From NCBI GenBank assembly GCA_018649885.1, contig JABIHA010000126.1:1-64000 (forward strand): DNA of 64,000 nucleotides. Reading direction: 5' to 3'. The notes beneath the pieces were generated by a model, which was not told the origin of the DNA, ran no database searches, and saw nothing but the letters and a program-made list of their open reading frames with translations. This stretch comes from Bacteriovoracaceae bacterium. Its GTDB lineage: Bacteria > Bdellovibrionota > Bacteriovoracia > Bacteriovoracales > Bacteriovoracaceae. Positions 27,271 to 37,814 of this stretch are shown here, one piece after another; within the stretch, counting starts at the first letter, position 1; every line of letters begins with the position of its first letter. A program made the position numbers and the translations under genes.

Positions 27271-27639
27271 ATGAAAATAATTAGCGCCTTATTGGCCTTG
27301 ATGCTTGCACAAAACCTGTACGCTGCTTGTGGGAAAAATGCTTTCAACACTCTGAATGACAGCGAGACCATCCACATTGATGTTCTTGGAAAATACCCAG
27401 TTCAACTTAACCTAAAAGTCCCTGCTGGAGTAGAGCCTGAAACCAAAATTGTTGGCGAAGATGTAGGTTTTGAGTGCGAAGTTAAACAGTCACGATTTCT
27501 TGCCGTTGATGGTGAAAATGATCAAAGGTGTTACCAAGTGGATATCAATTGGGAGCCAGGTGCGGACCTTTCTGGCTGTATGGTTGAGGTAACAGCAGGT
27601 AAGCAAAAATCACGCGCATATCTGTTCATGATGTACTAA
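27271..27639 (+). CDS. Secreted hypothetical protein
   Basis: SD GAGGA, signal peptide, four Cys. Confidence 0.75.
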   Translation: MKIISALLALMLAQNLYAACGKNAFNTLNDSETIHIDVLGKYPVQLNLKVPAGVEPETKIVGEDVGFECEVKQSRFLAVDGENDQRCYQVDINWEPGADLSGCMVEVTAGKQKSRAYLFMMY

Positions 27640-27692
27640 AAAACTACTCAGGTATTCCTTTTTTTTGTAGGGGTACCTGATATAATTCCCCC

Positions 27693-28697
27693 ATGTCTAA
27701 AACTCTACTCATTATCAGGTTCTCAAGCTTTGGTGATATCCTCCAAACCATGTCAGTTCTGCGTCCTTTAAAAGAATCTAACCCTGATTTAAAAATACAT
27801 TGGCTTACAAAAAGTGAGTACCGTGAACTGGTAGAGCTTAGTCCACTAGTCGATAAAGTTTGGCCCTTTGAGAAAGGCCAGGGGGCATTTGGTCTTATCA
27901 AACTAGCATTTCGAATAAGATCAATGAAGTTTGACTATATCTATGATGCACACAATAACCTTAGATCTAAAATTGCGGTGACTATCTTAAATCCATTTTC
28001 ATTAAAGGATGGGTTTTTTAAAAGACCAAAAAATCGAATAAAAAGGTTCTTACTTTTTAGTTTTGGGATTAATAAATTTGAAAATCCTTTTCGCGGGATG
28101 ATTTCATACACAAGACCAATTGATAAAATCACAGAGCAAAAGAACCTCGATTGCAGGCACAAATTTAATTTTGCAGAAAGTATCACCTGCAGTGTCGATG
28201 AAATTACTCAAGGTGAGCAGGACTTCATCACCATGGCCCCCTCGGCGGCTTGGGAGATGAAAAGATGGCCTACAGAGCACTGGATAGAGCTAATATCCAA
28301 GCTACCTGAAAAGAAGATTTTTCTTTTAGGTGGTCCTTCAGATCAATTTATTGAAGAGCTGAGAAAGAAGTGTAGTACTCAAAATGTTGTCAACCTGTCA
28401 GGTAAGCTCTCACTCACCCAAAGTGTCTACCTTGTCTCCAAGTCTAGTTGTCTTATTAGTGCAGATACAGGTCTTATTCATGCAGCTGAAATAATGGGAA
28501 TAAACGGAATTTCCTTAATTGGGCCAACAGCATTTGGATTTCCCACTCACGAAAATATCAAAACCTTAGAAGTAGAGATGGAGTGCAGACCTTGCACTAA
28601 AGATGGAAGGGGCAAATGCTCACAAGATGTTTGGAGACAATGTATGGTAGATATCACACCAACAAAAGTTTCTGAAGTATGCAAGGAACTGATCTAA
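27693..28697 (+). CDS. Glycosyltransferase family 9 (LPS heptosyltransferase-like)
   Basis: LIIRFSSFGDI, KRWP, NLSGKLSL, DTGLIHAA, GPT. Confidence 0.9.
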   Translation: MSKTLLIIRFSSFGDILQTMSVLRPLKESNPDLKIHWLTKSEYRELVELSPLVDKVWPFEKGQGAFGLIKLAFRIRSMKFDYIYDAHNNLRSKIAVTILNPFSLKDGFFKRPKNRIKRFLLFSFGINKFENPFRGMISYTRPIDKITEQKNLDCRHKFNFAESITCSVDEITQGEQDFITMAPSAAWEMKRWPTEHWIELISKLPEKKIFLLGGPSDQFIEELRKKCSTQNVVNLSGKLSLTQSVYLVSKSSCLISADTGLIHAAEIMGINGISLIGPTAFGFPTHENIKTLEVEMECRPCTKDGRGKCSQDVWRQCMVDITPTKVSEVCKELI

Positions 28698-28707
28698 AAT
28701 CGGGTGA

Positions 28708-30447
28708 TTAAACCAGTCCCAACTTCTGTCTAACATAATCAATTTTCCCCTTCATAATATTAGAAAATACTTTCAAAGGGATATATTCTTTCTTGTACTT
28801 TAAGTGACCTGCTTCGAATAAGTTCTTGGCCTGATTTCGTCTAATTTTCCCAGACGAAGTTCTTGGGAGTGTCGAAGGAGGAAGAAGGACAACTTGCGAC
28901 AAATCAATCGAGAATTCACTTGCTACAACTTCTTTCATCCTCTGCTGATACATGGGATTGTCTTCACCCTTTAGCTCAGCCGCTAATATTGCTTTTTCAG
29001 TGCCACTTTTATCGTCATAGACTCCAAATAAAGCGACACATCCTGAACGTATAAAACCAAATTCACTTACCACTTGCTCTATAGGAGCTGGATCTAGATT
29101 TTTACCTCTAATGATAAGAATATCTTTAGATCTTCCGCAAAGGTATAGCTGATCTTCAAACAAGAAACCGAGGTCCCCTGTATTTATCCAATTGGAATTT
29201 GTTTCACAGTCACCATTGTCATTAAAGCCTCTAGCAATTGAGTCCCCTTTGATCCAAAGCTCCCCAACCTTACCTTCTCCTAAAACAGCGCTGTCTTCGT
29301 TTCGAATTTCTAAGCTAATGCCAGGTAGGGCCTTTCCTACGCTTGCCAGCTGAACGCCTCCTGAATTTACAAGCACAGCTTTTTTCCAAGTATGCAGAAG
29401 TTCCTTATCAAAGCTCTTCCAAATAGGAGTGCTATCCATATCAGAAAATGTTACAGCAAGAGTTGCTTCGGCCAGACCATAGACAGGTGTAATTGCCTCT
29501 CTTTTTAAATTGGCCTTCGAAAATTTTTCAAAAAACCTTTCCATTGTATCGGGATGCACGGGTTCAGCACCACTCATCACAACCTTTAAGCTTGAAAGGT
29601 CTAAGTCTTGAATTTCTTCGTCTTTTATTTTTTCTTGGCTAAGGCCAAAGGAAAAATTTGGTGCCACTGTAATAGTGGCCTTCATATCACTGATGGCCTC
29701 AAACCAAGTAAGTGGTCTTGCCACAAAAATTTCTGGTGGAATAAGAACTAAGTTACCGCCTGAGTAAATGGCACCGTGAAAAGCACCTACAAGTCCCATA
29801 TCATGATAGAGAGGAAGCCAACTTACCCCAATCATCTCTTCAACACTTTTTGATAAAGTTGAGATAATAGCATCAAGGTTGCATATCAAATTACGATGTG
29901 TCACACATTGTGCTTTGGGTTTTCCAGTAGAGCCAGAAGAAAACTGAATAAAGGCAACGTCATTAGGAAAAAGAGTGGGAGACACGATTTCTGGTACCTC
30001 GCTTCCAAATTTAGTACTCGCTGCTTCGACTGTGATACAACCAAAATCAACCCTTGCATTTAAAACTGGAGTGCCCAAAAATGGGTGAATTCTTTTTTCA
30101 GTTAAAACTATTTTTGAATTAACACTTTTTAACATATAGCTGGTTCTACTAACCCACTCATCAAGTTTTCCCAACCGTAGAGGTGGGTATATAGCACAAG
30201 GAACTGCTCCCATTAAAAGAGCTCCAAAATAAGCGTGATAAAATTCTGCGCCGGTAGGAAGGCAAAGCGTGACTGTTTCGCCCTTTTTAACGCCCGTTTT
30301 CACAAGATACGATGCAACTTTTTTAGCACCATTCAAAAGATCGGAGTAAGAGTGCTCCTCTTTTTGATTTAAATTCCTAAAGAAGGTAACTGTCGCTATA
30401 CCGTCTTCAGCTCTTTTAATAAATAAATCTAATATCGTATCTTTCAT
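28708..30447 (-). CDS. Fatty acyl-AMP ligase
   Basis: FIQFSSGSTGKPK, SWLPLYHDMGL, PVYGLAEATL, TGDLGF, LPRTSSGKIRR. Confidence 0.92.
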   Translation of the reverse strand: MKDTILDLFIKRAEDGIATVTFFRNLNQKEEHSYSDLLNGAKKVASYLVKTGVKKGETVTLCLPTGAEFYHAYFGALLMGAVPCAIYPPLRLGKLDEWVSRTSYMLKSVNSKIVLTEKRIHPFLGTPVLNARVDFGCITVEAASTKFGSEVPEIVSPTLFPNDVAFIQFSSGSTGKPKAQCVTHRNLICNLDAIISTLSKSVEEMIGVSWLPLYHDMGLVGAFHGAIYSGGNLVLIPPEIFVARPLTWFEAISDMKATITVAPNFSFGLSQEKIKDEEIQDLDLSSLKVVMSGAEPVHPDTMERFFEKFSKANLKREAITPVYGLAEATLAVTFSDMDSTPIWKSFDKELLHTWKKAVLVNSGGVQLASVGKALPGISLEIRNEDSAVLGEGKVGELWIKGDSIARGFNDNGDCETNSNWINTGDLGFLFEDQLYLCGRSKDILIIRGKNLDPAPIEQVVSEFGFIRSGCVALFGVYDDKSGTEKAILAAELKGEDNPMYQQRMKEVVASEFSIDLSQVVLLPPSTLPRTSSGKIRRNQAKNLFEAGHLKYKKEYIPLKVFSNIMKGKIDYVRQKLGLV

Positions 30448-30455
30448 CCAAAGTC

Positions 30456-30719
30456 CTATTGAATCTTCTTTGTTTCACGCTCAATGACCTCGATTACCTC
30501 ACCAACGGTTTCGGGGACAAAATTTGCATCACCTAGATATATTTTATAAAAATTTTCTACTTCCACAGAAAGCGTTAAAAGCCCGAGGCTATCAAGACCT
30601 AGATCCTTTGTTAGGTGCGTATTTGCTCCCAGGATCACAGTATTTTGATCGTTCTCGCTCAAGCATTTCTCTCGAATGACTTCATAAACTTTTGTCTCAA
30701 TTTCTTTTTTTGTTAGCAA
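30456..30719 (-). CDS. Acyl carrier protein
   Basis: DLGLDSL phosphopantetheine site; 87 aa acidic; TTG start with SD AGGAG. Confidence 0.9.
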   Translation of the reverse strand: MLTKKEIETKVYEVIREKCLSENDQNTVILGANTHLTKDLGLDSLGLLTLSVEVENFYKIYLGDANFVPETVGEVIEVIERETKKIQ

Positions 30720-31288
30720 GCCTTACTCCTATCAACAAATGTAATCTGAGGTCTTCCCTCATAGCTTGGGTCAAAACCTGAAAGGGCCTGTTCCTCTACC
30801 TTCACTCTCCTTTTAAGAAGAAAAAGATTCAAAATAGTTCCTACTATGGAGGTGACATATGCCCCGCCCATAAAGGGAAGCCAAAAAATCTCTAAAACGA
30901 CCCCAAGATAATTGGGATGTTTCATATATTTATAAATCCCATCTTTTACTGATGGCACTCCAGGAAGGGCAATGACTTTAATAGTCCACCTCTCCCTTAG
31001 AGCTTTAACAGATAAAAAACGCAAAAATTGTCCAATAACCAAAAAAGGCAGAGAAATTAGTATATATTGTGGCCTTACTACTTTGCTTAGTAAGACACTC
31101 TCACCTATCAGCCCCACAAACCACAGTGTGTGAAATAACTTCATGTAAATAAGACTTCCACTATCATATTCAACACCCCCTTTTGCCAGGAGCGCCCTTT
31201 CATTTTTCCTCGAGCAGGCCAACTCGACCAATCTCTGGCCAATGAAAATAGCTACTACAAAATAGAAAAAATAATTTGTCATCATCAA
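30713..31288 (-). CDS. ICMT-family membrane methyltransferase (BpsB/SrsB-like)
   Basis: QRLVEL..SRKNE, GIYKYMKHPNY.GV.LE, R..EE.AL. Confidence 0.9.
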   Translation of the reverse strand: MMMTNYFFYFVVAIFIGQRLVELACSRKNERALLAKGGVEYDSGSLIYMKLFHTLWFVGLIGESVLLSKVVRPQYILISLPFLVIGQFLRFLSVKALRERWTIKVIALPGVPSVKDGIYKYMKHPNYLGVVLEIFWLPFMGGAYVTSIVGTILNLFLLKRRVKVEEQALSGFDPSYEGRPQITFVDRSKAC

Positions 31289-32340
31289 ACAACCTCAACT
31301 AATGAAAACTCAGCACAAAAGGCTGGCCCCATAGCACTTATAAGACCAAGGCCCGATATATCTCTTTTCAAAGTTTCTTCCAACACATGTAAAACAGAGA
31401 CAGAGCTCATATTCCCTCTCTCCTTTAAACCTGTCCAGCTGAGCTCAAGTGCATCCGGTGAAAGGCCAAGTGCCGACTCCATTGCAGTAAGAACTTTCGG
31501 TCCACCTGGGTGTGAAATATAGAAATCAATATTTCTATCACTTACCTGTCCAAGATCTTTAATTCTCTTAACTGCTCCGGGGAGCTCTCTTTCAACTAAA
31601 TCTGGAACACTTGAACTTAAAACAACCTTAAAACCTGTATCAATAACATCCCAGCCCATCATTCTTTCAGTGTCTGGAAAGAAAACAGACATTTCTTTAA
31701 TTCTTCTTAACTTAGATTTTTTGGCAAGTGGATGTTCATCTCCAACCATTAAAACAGCAGCACATCCGTCCCCAAAAAGGCCAGATGAAACAAGATTGGC
31801 AATACTCATATCTTGAAGTTGAACTGTTAAAGAGCAAAGCTCTACAGCAACTAAAATTGCAGCTTCTTTTGGATGGCCTTCAAGGTAATCACAAACTCTA
31901 TTGATACCTGCAGCTCCTGCAAGACAGCCCAAACCAAAAAGAGGAACCCTTTTTAAATCATGTTTAAATTCAATACGGTTCATAAGCCTTGCATCTAAGC
32001 TAGGTACAGCAAGCCCTGTAACAGTTGTACTTGTTAACATAGATATTTCACTGGGATCTATCTCAGCGCTCTCAAGAAGGCCTTTTACGGCCTTATCTGC
32101 TAAATTCACGGCCACTTCGATCCATGCATCATTTTTTTGACCGAAAGTTTCCTTTTTTGGATAGTCCTCAAGAGGCAATGCTAAGTGCCTGCCACCAACG
32201 AGAACATTTTTGTGGAAATTTTCTATCCTTTCAAAATTATGAAATTTCTCTTTCCATATCTTTCTAAATTGATCAATAAGTTGATCTTGGCTATAGAAAT
32301 TATCTGGAAAACTTGTTTTAGCGCTATGTATAAATGGCAA
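31285..32340 (-). CDS. Type III polyketide synthase (BpsA/SrsA/FtpA-like)
   Basis: Catalytic triad GLGC, HPGG, GNMSS; LFGDG; MGPAF; TTG 32340 with SD GAGGAG. Confidence 0.93.
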   Translation of the reverse strand: MPFIHSAKTSFPDNFYSQDQLIDQFRKIWKEKFHNFERIENFHKNVLVGGRHLALPLEDYPKKETFGQKNDAWIEVAVNLADKAVKGLLESAEIDPSEISMLTSTTVTGLAVPSLDARLMNRIEFKHDLKRVPLFGLGCLAGAAGINRVCDYLEGHPKEAAILVAVELCSLTVQLQDMSIANLVSSGLFGDGCAAVLMVGDEHPLAKKSKLRRIKEMSVFFPDTERMMGWDVIDTGFKVVLSSSVPDLVERELPGAVKRIKDLGQVSDRNIDFYISHPGGPKVLTAMESALGLSPDALELSWTGLKERGNMSSVSVLHVLEETLKRDISGLGLISAMGPAFCAEFSLVEVV

Positions 32341-32518
32341 AAAAACTCCTCGATTCCTGTTGATCACGGCAGCCATTGCCGGTCATTTGGCCCATTTTCA
32401 TTATCTCAAAAAATGGCCATTTGGTCTCTATCTGCAGGGACACTTTCATATTGTATTCATCAAAAACTCATGTCAGGAAATATCCAAACAATCCTCACTT
32501 ATCCATGTGAAATTGTGC

Positions 32519-34576
32519 CTAACTATTCTCACTACTTAAAAAGCTTGGCAAGACGAAAAGGTCGAAAAACAGACCAATTAAAATGGTAGAGCCAAGTATC
32601 AGGCCAAATTGCTTAATAGGTAAAAACCCATGTATCGAAAACCCAAAAAAACATATAGATAGCATAATAGTCCCTAAGAAAATGGGTCTAACAGTGGTCT
32701 CGAAAAAGTCCGCAAAACTCAATTTGGGGTATGTATGAATTACATGAATAGTCCCATCAACGACTAATCCAAGAGAGATTGAGTAAGTCATAACCGTGGC
32801 AATATTAATAGACATACCCGTCAAATACACCATGACAAGTGAAATCATCACTGGAAATATATTGATAATAAGAAAAGCAAAAAGATAGTGTATCCCCCTG
32901 AAATAGAGGCTAACTAGGATTGTGATAATAATTAGAGAAAGTAGAAAACTTTGGGCGAGTACAATAATCAAAGAATCTTGGGCCAACATCAAGTTGTAAT
33001 AAATCCCACTTAATTGAAGGTCGTAATCATAGGGTGATAAAAGTTTTTTAATTTTATCAATTTCTACAAAGTAATCGGAGGAATTCATGGCCGTACCAAG
33101 AATCGTCATTCGATAGATATGATCATCGGGGTTGAATCTCTGTAGATCTTTTTGAACCTTTGATTTAAGTGCTAAAAAAGAAATTTTAAAATCGGGTAGG
33201 GCCAAGTTTGAAGAGTATAGATAGTTTGCATCTTTTATAATTCTGCCAGGGCTGATCGTCTTTTTCCCCGCCAAAGATAGTTTTTCTTCAATACTACTGA
33301 GTATTTGGAAATCCTCAAAACTGAAGCTCTCTCCATTTTTTTTCTTTAATAGGATTTCACAAATAGGGCTTCCCAAAACTTCTTTTTGCACTGAAATAAT
33401 ACTCTTTCTAATCCCAGAGGATACTGGGAAATACCTTGTTGCATCTGTGACAACGGGAAGTTTAGGCAAAATGTAAAATAACGCCAAACCAAAGATAGGG
33501 AGCAGTATGATTGTTGTGCGTTTTCTTAAAGGCCTTTCTTTGACCAAAGTTTCGAGAATCTCTAAATTTATTTTTTTAGCTGGTGCTTTTAAAATGAGAT
33601 AATCTAAAAATCGTGACATCCACAGATAGCTTGCACATGAACAAAAGACAATCGAAATACAAGATAGAACAGCGAATTGCCCAATTACTTTTATGGGACT
33701 TATAACAAGAGATCCAAAACCTATGCCAGTCGTCACAACCATTAGAATCGTAGGCATAAGCTTTAATGACTTTGCTTGACGAGCACTTCCATACAAGAGA
33801 GCTGGAAAATAAAGATGCAAGACAACAGCGAGCGAGATGACAAAGCTAACAAGCGGGACAATTGATGTAACCATATTCATATGAATATAGAAGGTTTTAA
33901 TCAATGCTAACGAGAAAAGGGCCGAAAAAAGCGGAGGACAAAAAATAATATATGCTGCCAAAAGATTTCTAACTAGTATTAAAATGAAAATAAATGCTAG
34001 TACAAATACACCTGGAAAAAGATATTTTTTAATATCACTTGAATACTTGTTGAGATGATAATTTGTGTAAGGAAGACCAGCTGATTTAAAGTTAAACCCC
34101 TCTTTCACTATATCCATTTGCAATTCATGTAGAATGCTAGATGTATATAAGGATGAAATATGAGGGGCAAAAGAAACAAAGAAAGAGATACTATCTTCTT
34201 TCATGAAATTAAAAAGAACCTTAGGGTATTTTTTGGCGAATTCAATTTCCTGATGATAACCTTTCTTCCCCTTCAAGCTTTTCGAATATAAATCATGATA
34301 GGTAAGGATTTCAATATTCTTTCCCAAGCCATATTTTTCTTTTAAAGAATCAATGAATTGGTAAACCTCTTGGCCATTGCCTTCAGGTGTTTTGATATAT
34401 AACGCAGATATTTTTCTCTCGTGGACTATCTCTTTAAATTCTTGATATGAGGAAACTCCGTCTCTTGTTAAAAAGAGCTCTTCTTGATTTTCTTGCTGTA
34501 AATCATCAGTAAAAAACTTGAAGCTAATAATGATGATCGTTGCGATAATAAGTAGTAAAACATTAGACTTTCTAAT
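32519..34576 (-). CDS. Divergent MMPL/RND family transporter
   Basis: SISLGLVVDGTIH; two TM bundles; frame is open to 34594 and includes an N-terminal TM helix; start placed at ATT 34576 (inferred). Confidence 0.8.
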   Translation of the reverse strand: MRKSNVLLLIIATIIIISFKFFTDDLQQENQEELFLTRDGVSSYQEFKEIVHERKISALYIKTPEGNGQEVYQFIDSLKEKYGLGKNIEILTYHDLYSKSLKGKKGYHQEIEFAKKYPKVLFNFMKEDSISFFVSFAPHISSLYTSSILHELQMDIVKEGFNFKSAGLPYTNYHLNKYSSDIKKYLFPGVFVLAFIFILILVRNLLAAYIIFCPPLFSALFSLALIKTFYIHMNMVTSIVPLVSFVISLAVVLHLYFPALLYGSARQAKSLKLMPTILMVVTTGIGFGSLVISPIKVIGQFAVLSCISIVFCSCASYLWMSRFLDYLILKAPAKKINLEILETLVKERPLRKRTTIILLPIFGLALFYILPKLPVVTDATRYFPVSSGIRKSIISVQKEVLGSPICEILLKKKNGESFSFEDFQILSSIEEKLSLAGKKTISPGRIIKDANYLYSSNLALPDFKISFLALKSKVQKDLQRFNPDDHIYRMTILGTAMNSSDYFVEIDKIKKLLSPYDYDLQLSGIYYNLMLAQDSLIIVLAQSFLLSLIIITILVSLYFRGIHYLFAFLIINIFPVMISLVMVYLTGMSINIATVMTYSISLGLVVDGTIHVIHTYPKLSFADFFETTVRPIFLGTIMLSICFFGFSIHGFLPIKQFGLILGSTILIGLFFDLFVLPSFLSSENS

Positions 34577-34589
34577 GATGCTTCCCTTT

Positions 34590-36353
34590 CTAGCCTACTT
34601 CAATTTTTGGGAGTCTAAACGTAAATACACTTCCCTCATCTATTTTGCTGGTGACTGTGACCTCTCCCTTGTGAGCCGCTGCTATTTTCTGGCAAATACT
34701 AAGGCCTAGTCCCACACCTGAAACCATTGTGGTTCTGGATTTATCTGCACGATAAAAGCGGTCAAAAATACGCTCTAACTCTTCTTTGCTTATTCCAATC
34801 CCGTTATCTCTAACTTCTAAGTAATTATTTTTTGAATCTTCCAAATTTGTTATGCGAACAATCCCTCCTGATTCTTTTGAATATTTGATTGCATTAGTGA
34901 CAAGGTTTAACACCAATTTAAATAACTTCTCCTCATCTCCAAATACCAAGACTCCTGGACTAATTAAATTTTGAATGGCAATATCTTTTCTTTTCTCGCT
35001 ATCGTTTGCTGTAGTTATCACTTCATCTACTAATATTTTCATATTTATTTTTTTATACTGCAAACTGAACTCTGCATTGGGCCTTGATAGCTCTAAAAGA
35101 GATTGAATAATATTTTGCAGACCATCAGTTCTCACCAAAATATCAGATAGAATTTCTATATATTCCGAAGCATCCCTTTTCTTTTTTAATGCAACTTCAG
35201 TCATCCCACGAATCACTCCCACTGGAGATCTAAGTTCATGTGAAGCATCTGAAGTAAATTGCTTTAATCTCTCCTCTGACTCTGTCCTTCTATTAACTTC
35301 TTCTTTGAGGCTTCTATTTAACTTACTAACTTCATCTGCCCTTGTTGCAATAAAAATATTGGCCATAACCAGTAGTGCTAGAAAAAAGCCACCAATTCGA
35401 AGACTTAAATTTGTTAATTTGGCCTCTTTTAACTCTGAGTTGCTCTCCCAGATCCTTTTGGGGAGTGCTGTGGACAAAAACCACTCACTCTCATCGTAAA
35501 CCTTCACTTTTTCAGAATAACTAAAAGGGAAGCTCTTACTAGGTTTTCCTAGTCTTAGACTTGATACCTGCTGCCCTAATTCAGATTCTATGTGTTCATT
35601 TTCGATATAAAAATTAAATTTCGGTTTGCTCAGAACATAAAATGGAGAAGTGAAAATATTCTTTATTACATCCTCTCTAAGAATGGCCGCAACAACTCCC
35701 ATATATTCACCATTTTCATTATAAAAAGGCACACTGTAGACAACTCCCATTCTTCTTTTTAATTCAGAAGAAGACAGATGCTTTGATTCACTTAGCCTAG
35801 TATCACAAGTAATAAGCTTGTTACTAATATAAGCAGGGTATGCAATACCACTAACTGAATCTGCTGTCGGATACTTTCTCTGAAAGTGTTGAATTTGCTT
35901 ATAGATTTCCAAGTGTTCAAACTTTTCATCTTCGCGACTTTCTTCTTCCTCTTTATTTTCTTTATGCAGGTAATGGGCAAATTCAATAATATGCTTGTTA
36001 TGACCAACACTTTTAGGGACAAAATTCTTAGAGACAACATAAATTTCGGAAACGTTAATTTCTGAAACAATATTTCGATAAATTTGATCAATGACTTTCT
36101 CTTGTTTTTCGACATATTTAAAAGTCCTTGAATCGAGAACAATTGTCGAGGGAAGGGTCGCTATGGATCTAATGGTAATATAGGCCAAAAAGAGTTTCTT
36201 TTCGACCTCAGATCTATTGAGGGAGAATTCCTGAACCAGTCCTTCTTTTGTTTTCTGAGTTAGGTTCAAAAAATCTTTATCAGCAAAATTCCAGCTAACA
36301 ATTACCACTATTAATGAAACAAAGATTCCTAGAATCCAGGTAAGTCTATTCAT
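34590..36353 (-). CDS. Sensor histidine kinase
   Basis: Two TMs flanking a large periplasmic domain; FTSDASHELRSP, NLVTNAIKY, DNGIG, GLGL. Confidence 0.95.
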   Translation of the reverse strand: MNRLTWILGIFVSLIVVIVSWNFADKDFLNLTQKTKEGLVQEFSLNRSEVEKKLFLAYITIRSIATLPSTIVLDSRTFKYVEKQEKVIDQIYRNIVSEINVSEIYVVSKNFVPKSVGHNKHIIEFAHYLHKENKEEEESREDEKFEHLEIYKQIQHFQRKYPTADSVSGIAYPAYISNKLITCDTRLSESKHLSSSELKRRMGVVYSVPFYNENGEYMGVVAAILREDVIKNIFTSPFYVLSKPKFNFYIENEHIESELGQQVSSLRLGKPSKSFPFSYSEKVKVYDESEWFLSTALPKRIWESNSELKEAKLTNLSLRIGGFFLALLVMANIFIATRADEVSKLNRSLKEEVNRRTESEERLKQFTSDASHELRSPVGVIRGMTEVALKKKRDASEYIEILSDILVRTDGLQNIIQSLLELSRPNAEFSLQYKKINMKILVDEVITTANDSEKRKDIAIQNLISPGVLVFGDEEKLFKLVLNLVTNAIKYSKESGGIVRITNLEDSKNNYLEVRDNGIGISKEELERIFDRFYRADKSRTTMVSGVGLGLSICQKIAAAHKGEVTVTSKIDEGSVFTFRLPKIEVG

Positions 36354-36358
36354 TCAAT

Positions 36359-37045
36359 CTAAGCTTTTTGACCTTCGAGCATATAGCCCATCCCTCTAAC
36401 TGTTTTTATTAACTCTTGTCCGCCCTTCTTATCAATTTTAGCGCGTAAACTCTTAATGTGCACGTCTACAACATTGGTATTTGGCTGAAAATTATATCCC
36501 CAAACATGTTGCAAGAGTTGAGACCTCGAAAGAACGCAGTTGACGTTTTTCATAAGGTATTCAAGGATTGAGTATTCTTTTTTAGTTAGATTTACTTCAA
36601 CGCCACCTTTATAAACACGAGAGGCCCTCTGGTCTAAAATTAAATCACCAATTTCTAGTGTTGAACCAAATTGATCAGTTCCTCTTTTTAAAAGCGCCCT
36701 CATTCTTGCTAAGAGCTCTTCAAAAGAAAATGGTTTGGTCATATAATCATCACAACCCACATCAAAACTCTTCAGTTTAGTGGAAAGATCATCTCTTGCT
36801 GTTAAAAATATTATGGGTAGCCTGCAATTGAAACTACGAATTCTTCTAACAAGCTCGATTCCATCAAGCTTTGGCATCATAACGTCTAAAATGGCCAAGT
36901 CGTACTCGTGGGCCCTAATGAGGTTTTCACCTTCCTCTCCATTGAGAGCGGTATCAACGCTGTGACCTTCTTCTTCAAGACCTTTCTTCAAAAATTTTAT
37001 AAACCCCTCGTCATCTTCACAAATTAGGATTCTCATGGTTATCAC
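36359..37045 (-). CDS. OmpR-family response regulator
   Basis: EDD, LDVMMP, FLTARD, KPF, TNVVDVHI..LR, TVRGMGY; alternative ATG at 37036. Confidence 0.95.
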   Translation of the reverse strand: MITMRILICEDDEGFIKFLKKGLEEEGHSVDTALNGEEGENLIRAHEYDLAILDVMMPKLDGIELVRRIRSFNCRLPIIFLTARDDLSTKLKSFDVGCDDYMTKPFSFEELLARMRALLKRGTDQFGSTLEIGDLILDQRASRVYKGGVEVNLTKKEYSILEYLMKNVNCVLSRSQLLQHVWGYNFQPNTNVVDVHIKSLRAKIDKKGGQELIKTVRGMGYMLEGQKA

Positions 37046-37195
37046 CTTAGACTGATTTAGCTTGCAGTGATTATAACACAGAGGGAAATCAGTGGTTTAG
37101 GCCAAACCATAATTCATCATTTCCTCATAAAAGCTATTTTAGAATTTCATAAAAATCGACTATCATGAAATAGTTACATACAAGGAGATCTCAAA

Positions 37196-37810
37196 GTGTC
37201 TAAATTCTATGCAATTCTTCTACTGACTTGCTCACTTTTACTGTCCTGGCAACTTCCGGCACAGTCACTTTCCAAGTCGTTTTCACACAAAGATTTTGAA
37301 AGCGCTGAGAAATCCTCTGACTATATTAAGTTTGAAGGAAAGAGTACAAAGTTTGGACTTGTAACGACTTCTTTTGGTGGAATTGTGAAAGATTTTTCAG
37401 TGAGTGCTGAAAAAAGAGGTCAGGCCATAGGAAATATTATTGTCAAATTTCCCATTGAAAAAATGGATACTGACAGTGAAAGCCGAGATGAAAAAATGCA
37501 TGGCCTATGCTTTGATTCAAAAAAGTACAAAGAATTAAAAATTGAGTTTAAACGACCCATATTTGCAGGTGATAAAGAAAAGACAGTCGACGCTGAGATG
37601 ACAATTAGAGGAAAAAAGAAAAAAATCAAAATTAAAATATCTGCTGTGATCGAAGCAGGAAAACTTGTTGCCAAAGGTGGAACGACACTCGACTTTGAGT
37701 ACCTAGAAATTCCAGACCCATCAATTGCCATTGCTTCTGTAGATAAGAACTTTAATATCAATTTTAATGTGGCCATCGAATTACCTAAAGAAGCACCTAA
37801 AAAAAAGTAA
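37196..37810 (+). CDS. YceI-family lipid/isoprenoid-binding protein
   Basis: Signal peptide; MDTDSESRDEKM, MTIRG; GTG start with SD AGGAG. Confidence 0.85.
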   Translation: MSKFYAILLLTCSLLLSWQLPAQSLSKSFSHKDFESAEKSSDYIKFEGKSTKFGLVTTSFGGIVKDFSVSAEKRGQAIGNIIVKFPIEKMDTDSESRDEKMHGLCFDSKKYKELKIEFKRPIFAGDKEKTVDAEMTIRGKKKKIKIKISAVIEAGKLVAKGGTTLDFEYLEIPDPSIAIASVDKNFNINFNVAIELPKEAPKKK

Positions 37811-37814
37811 AACT

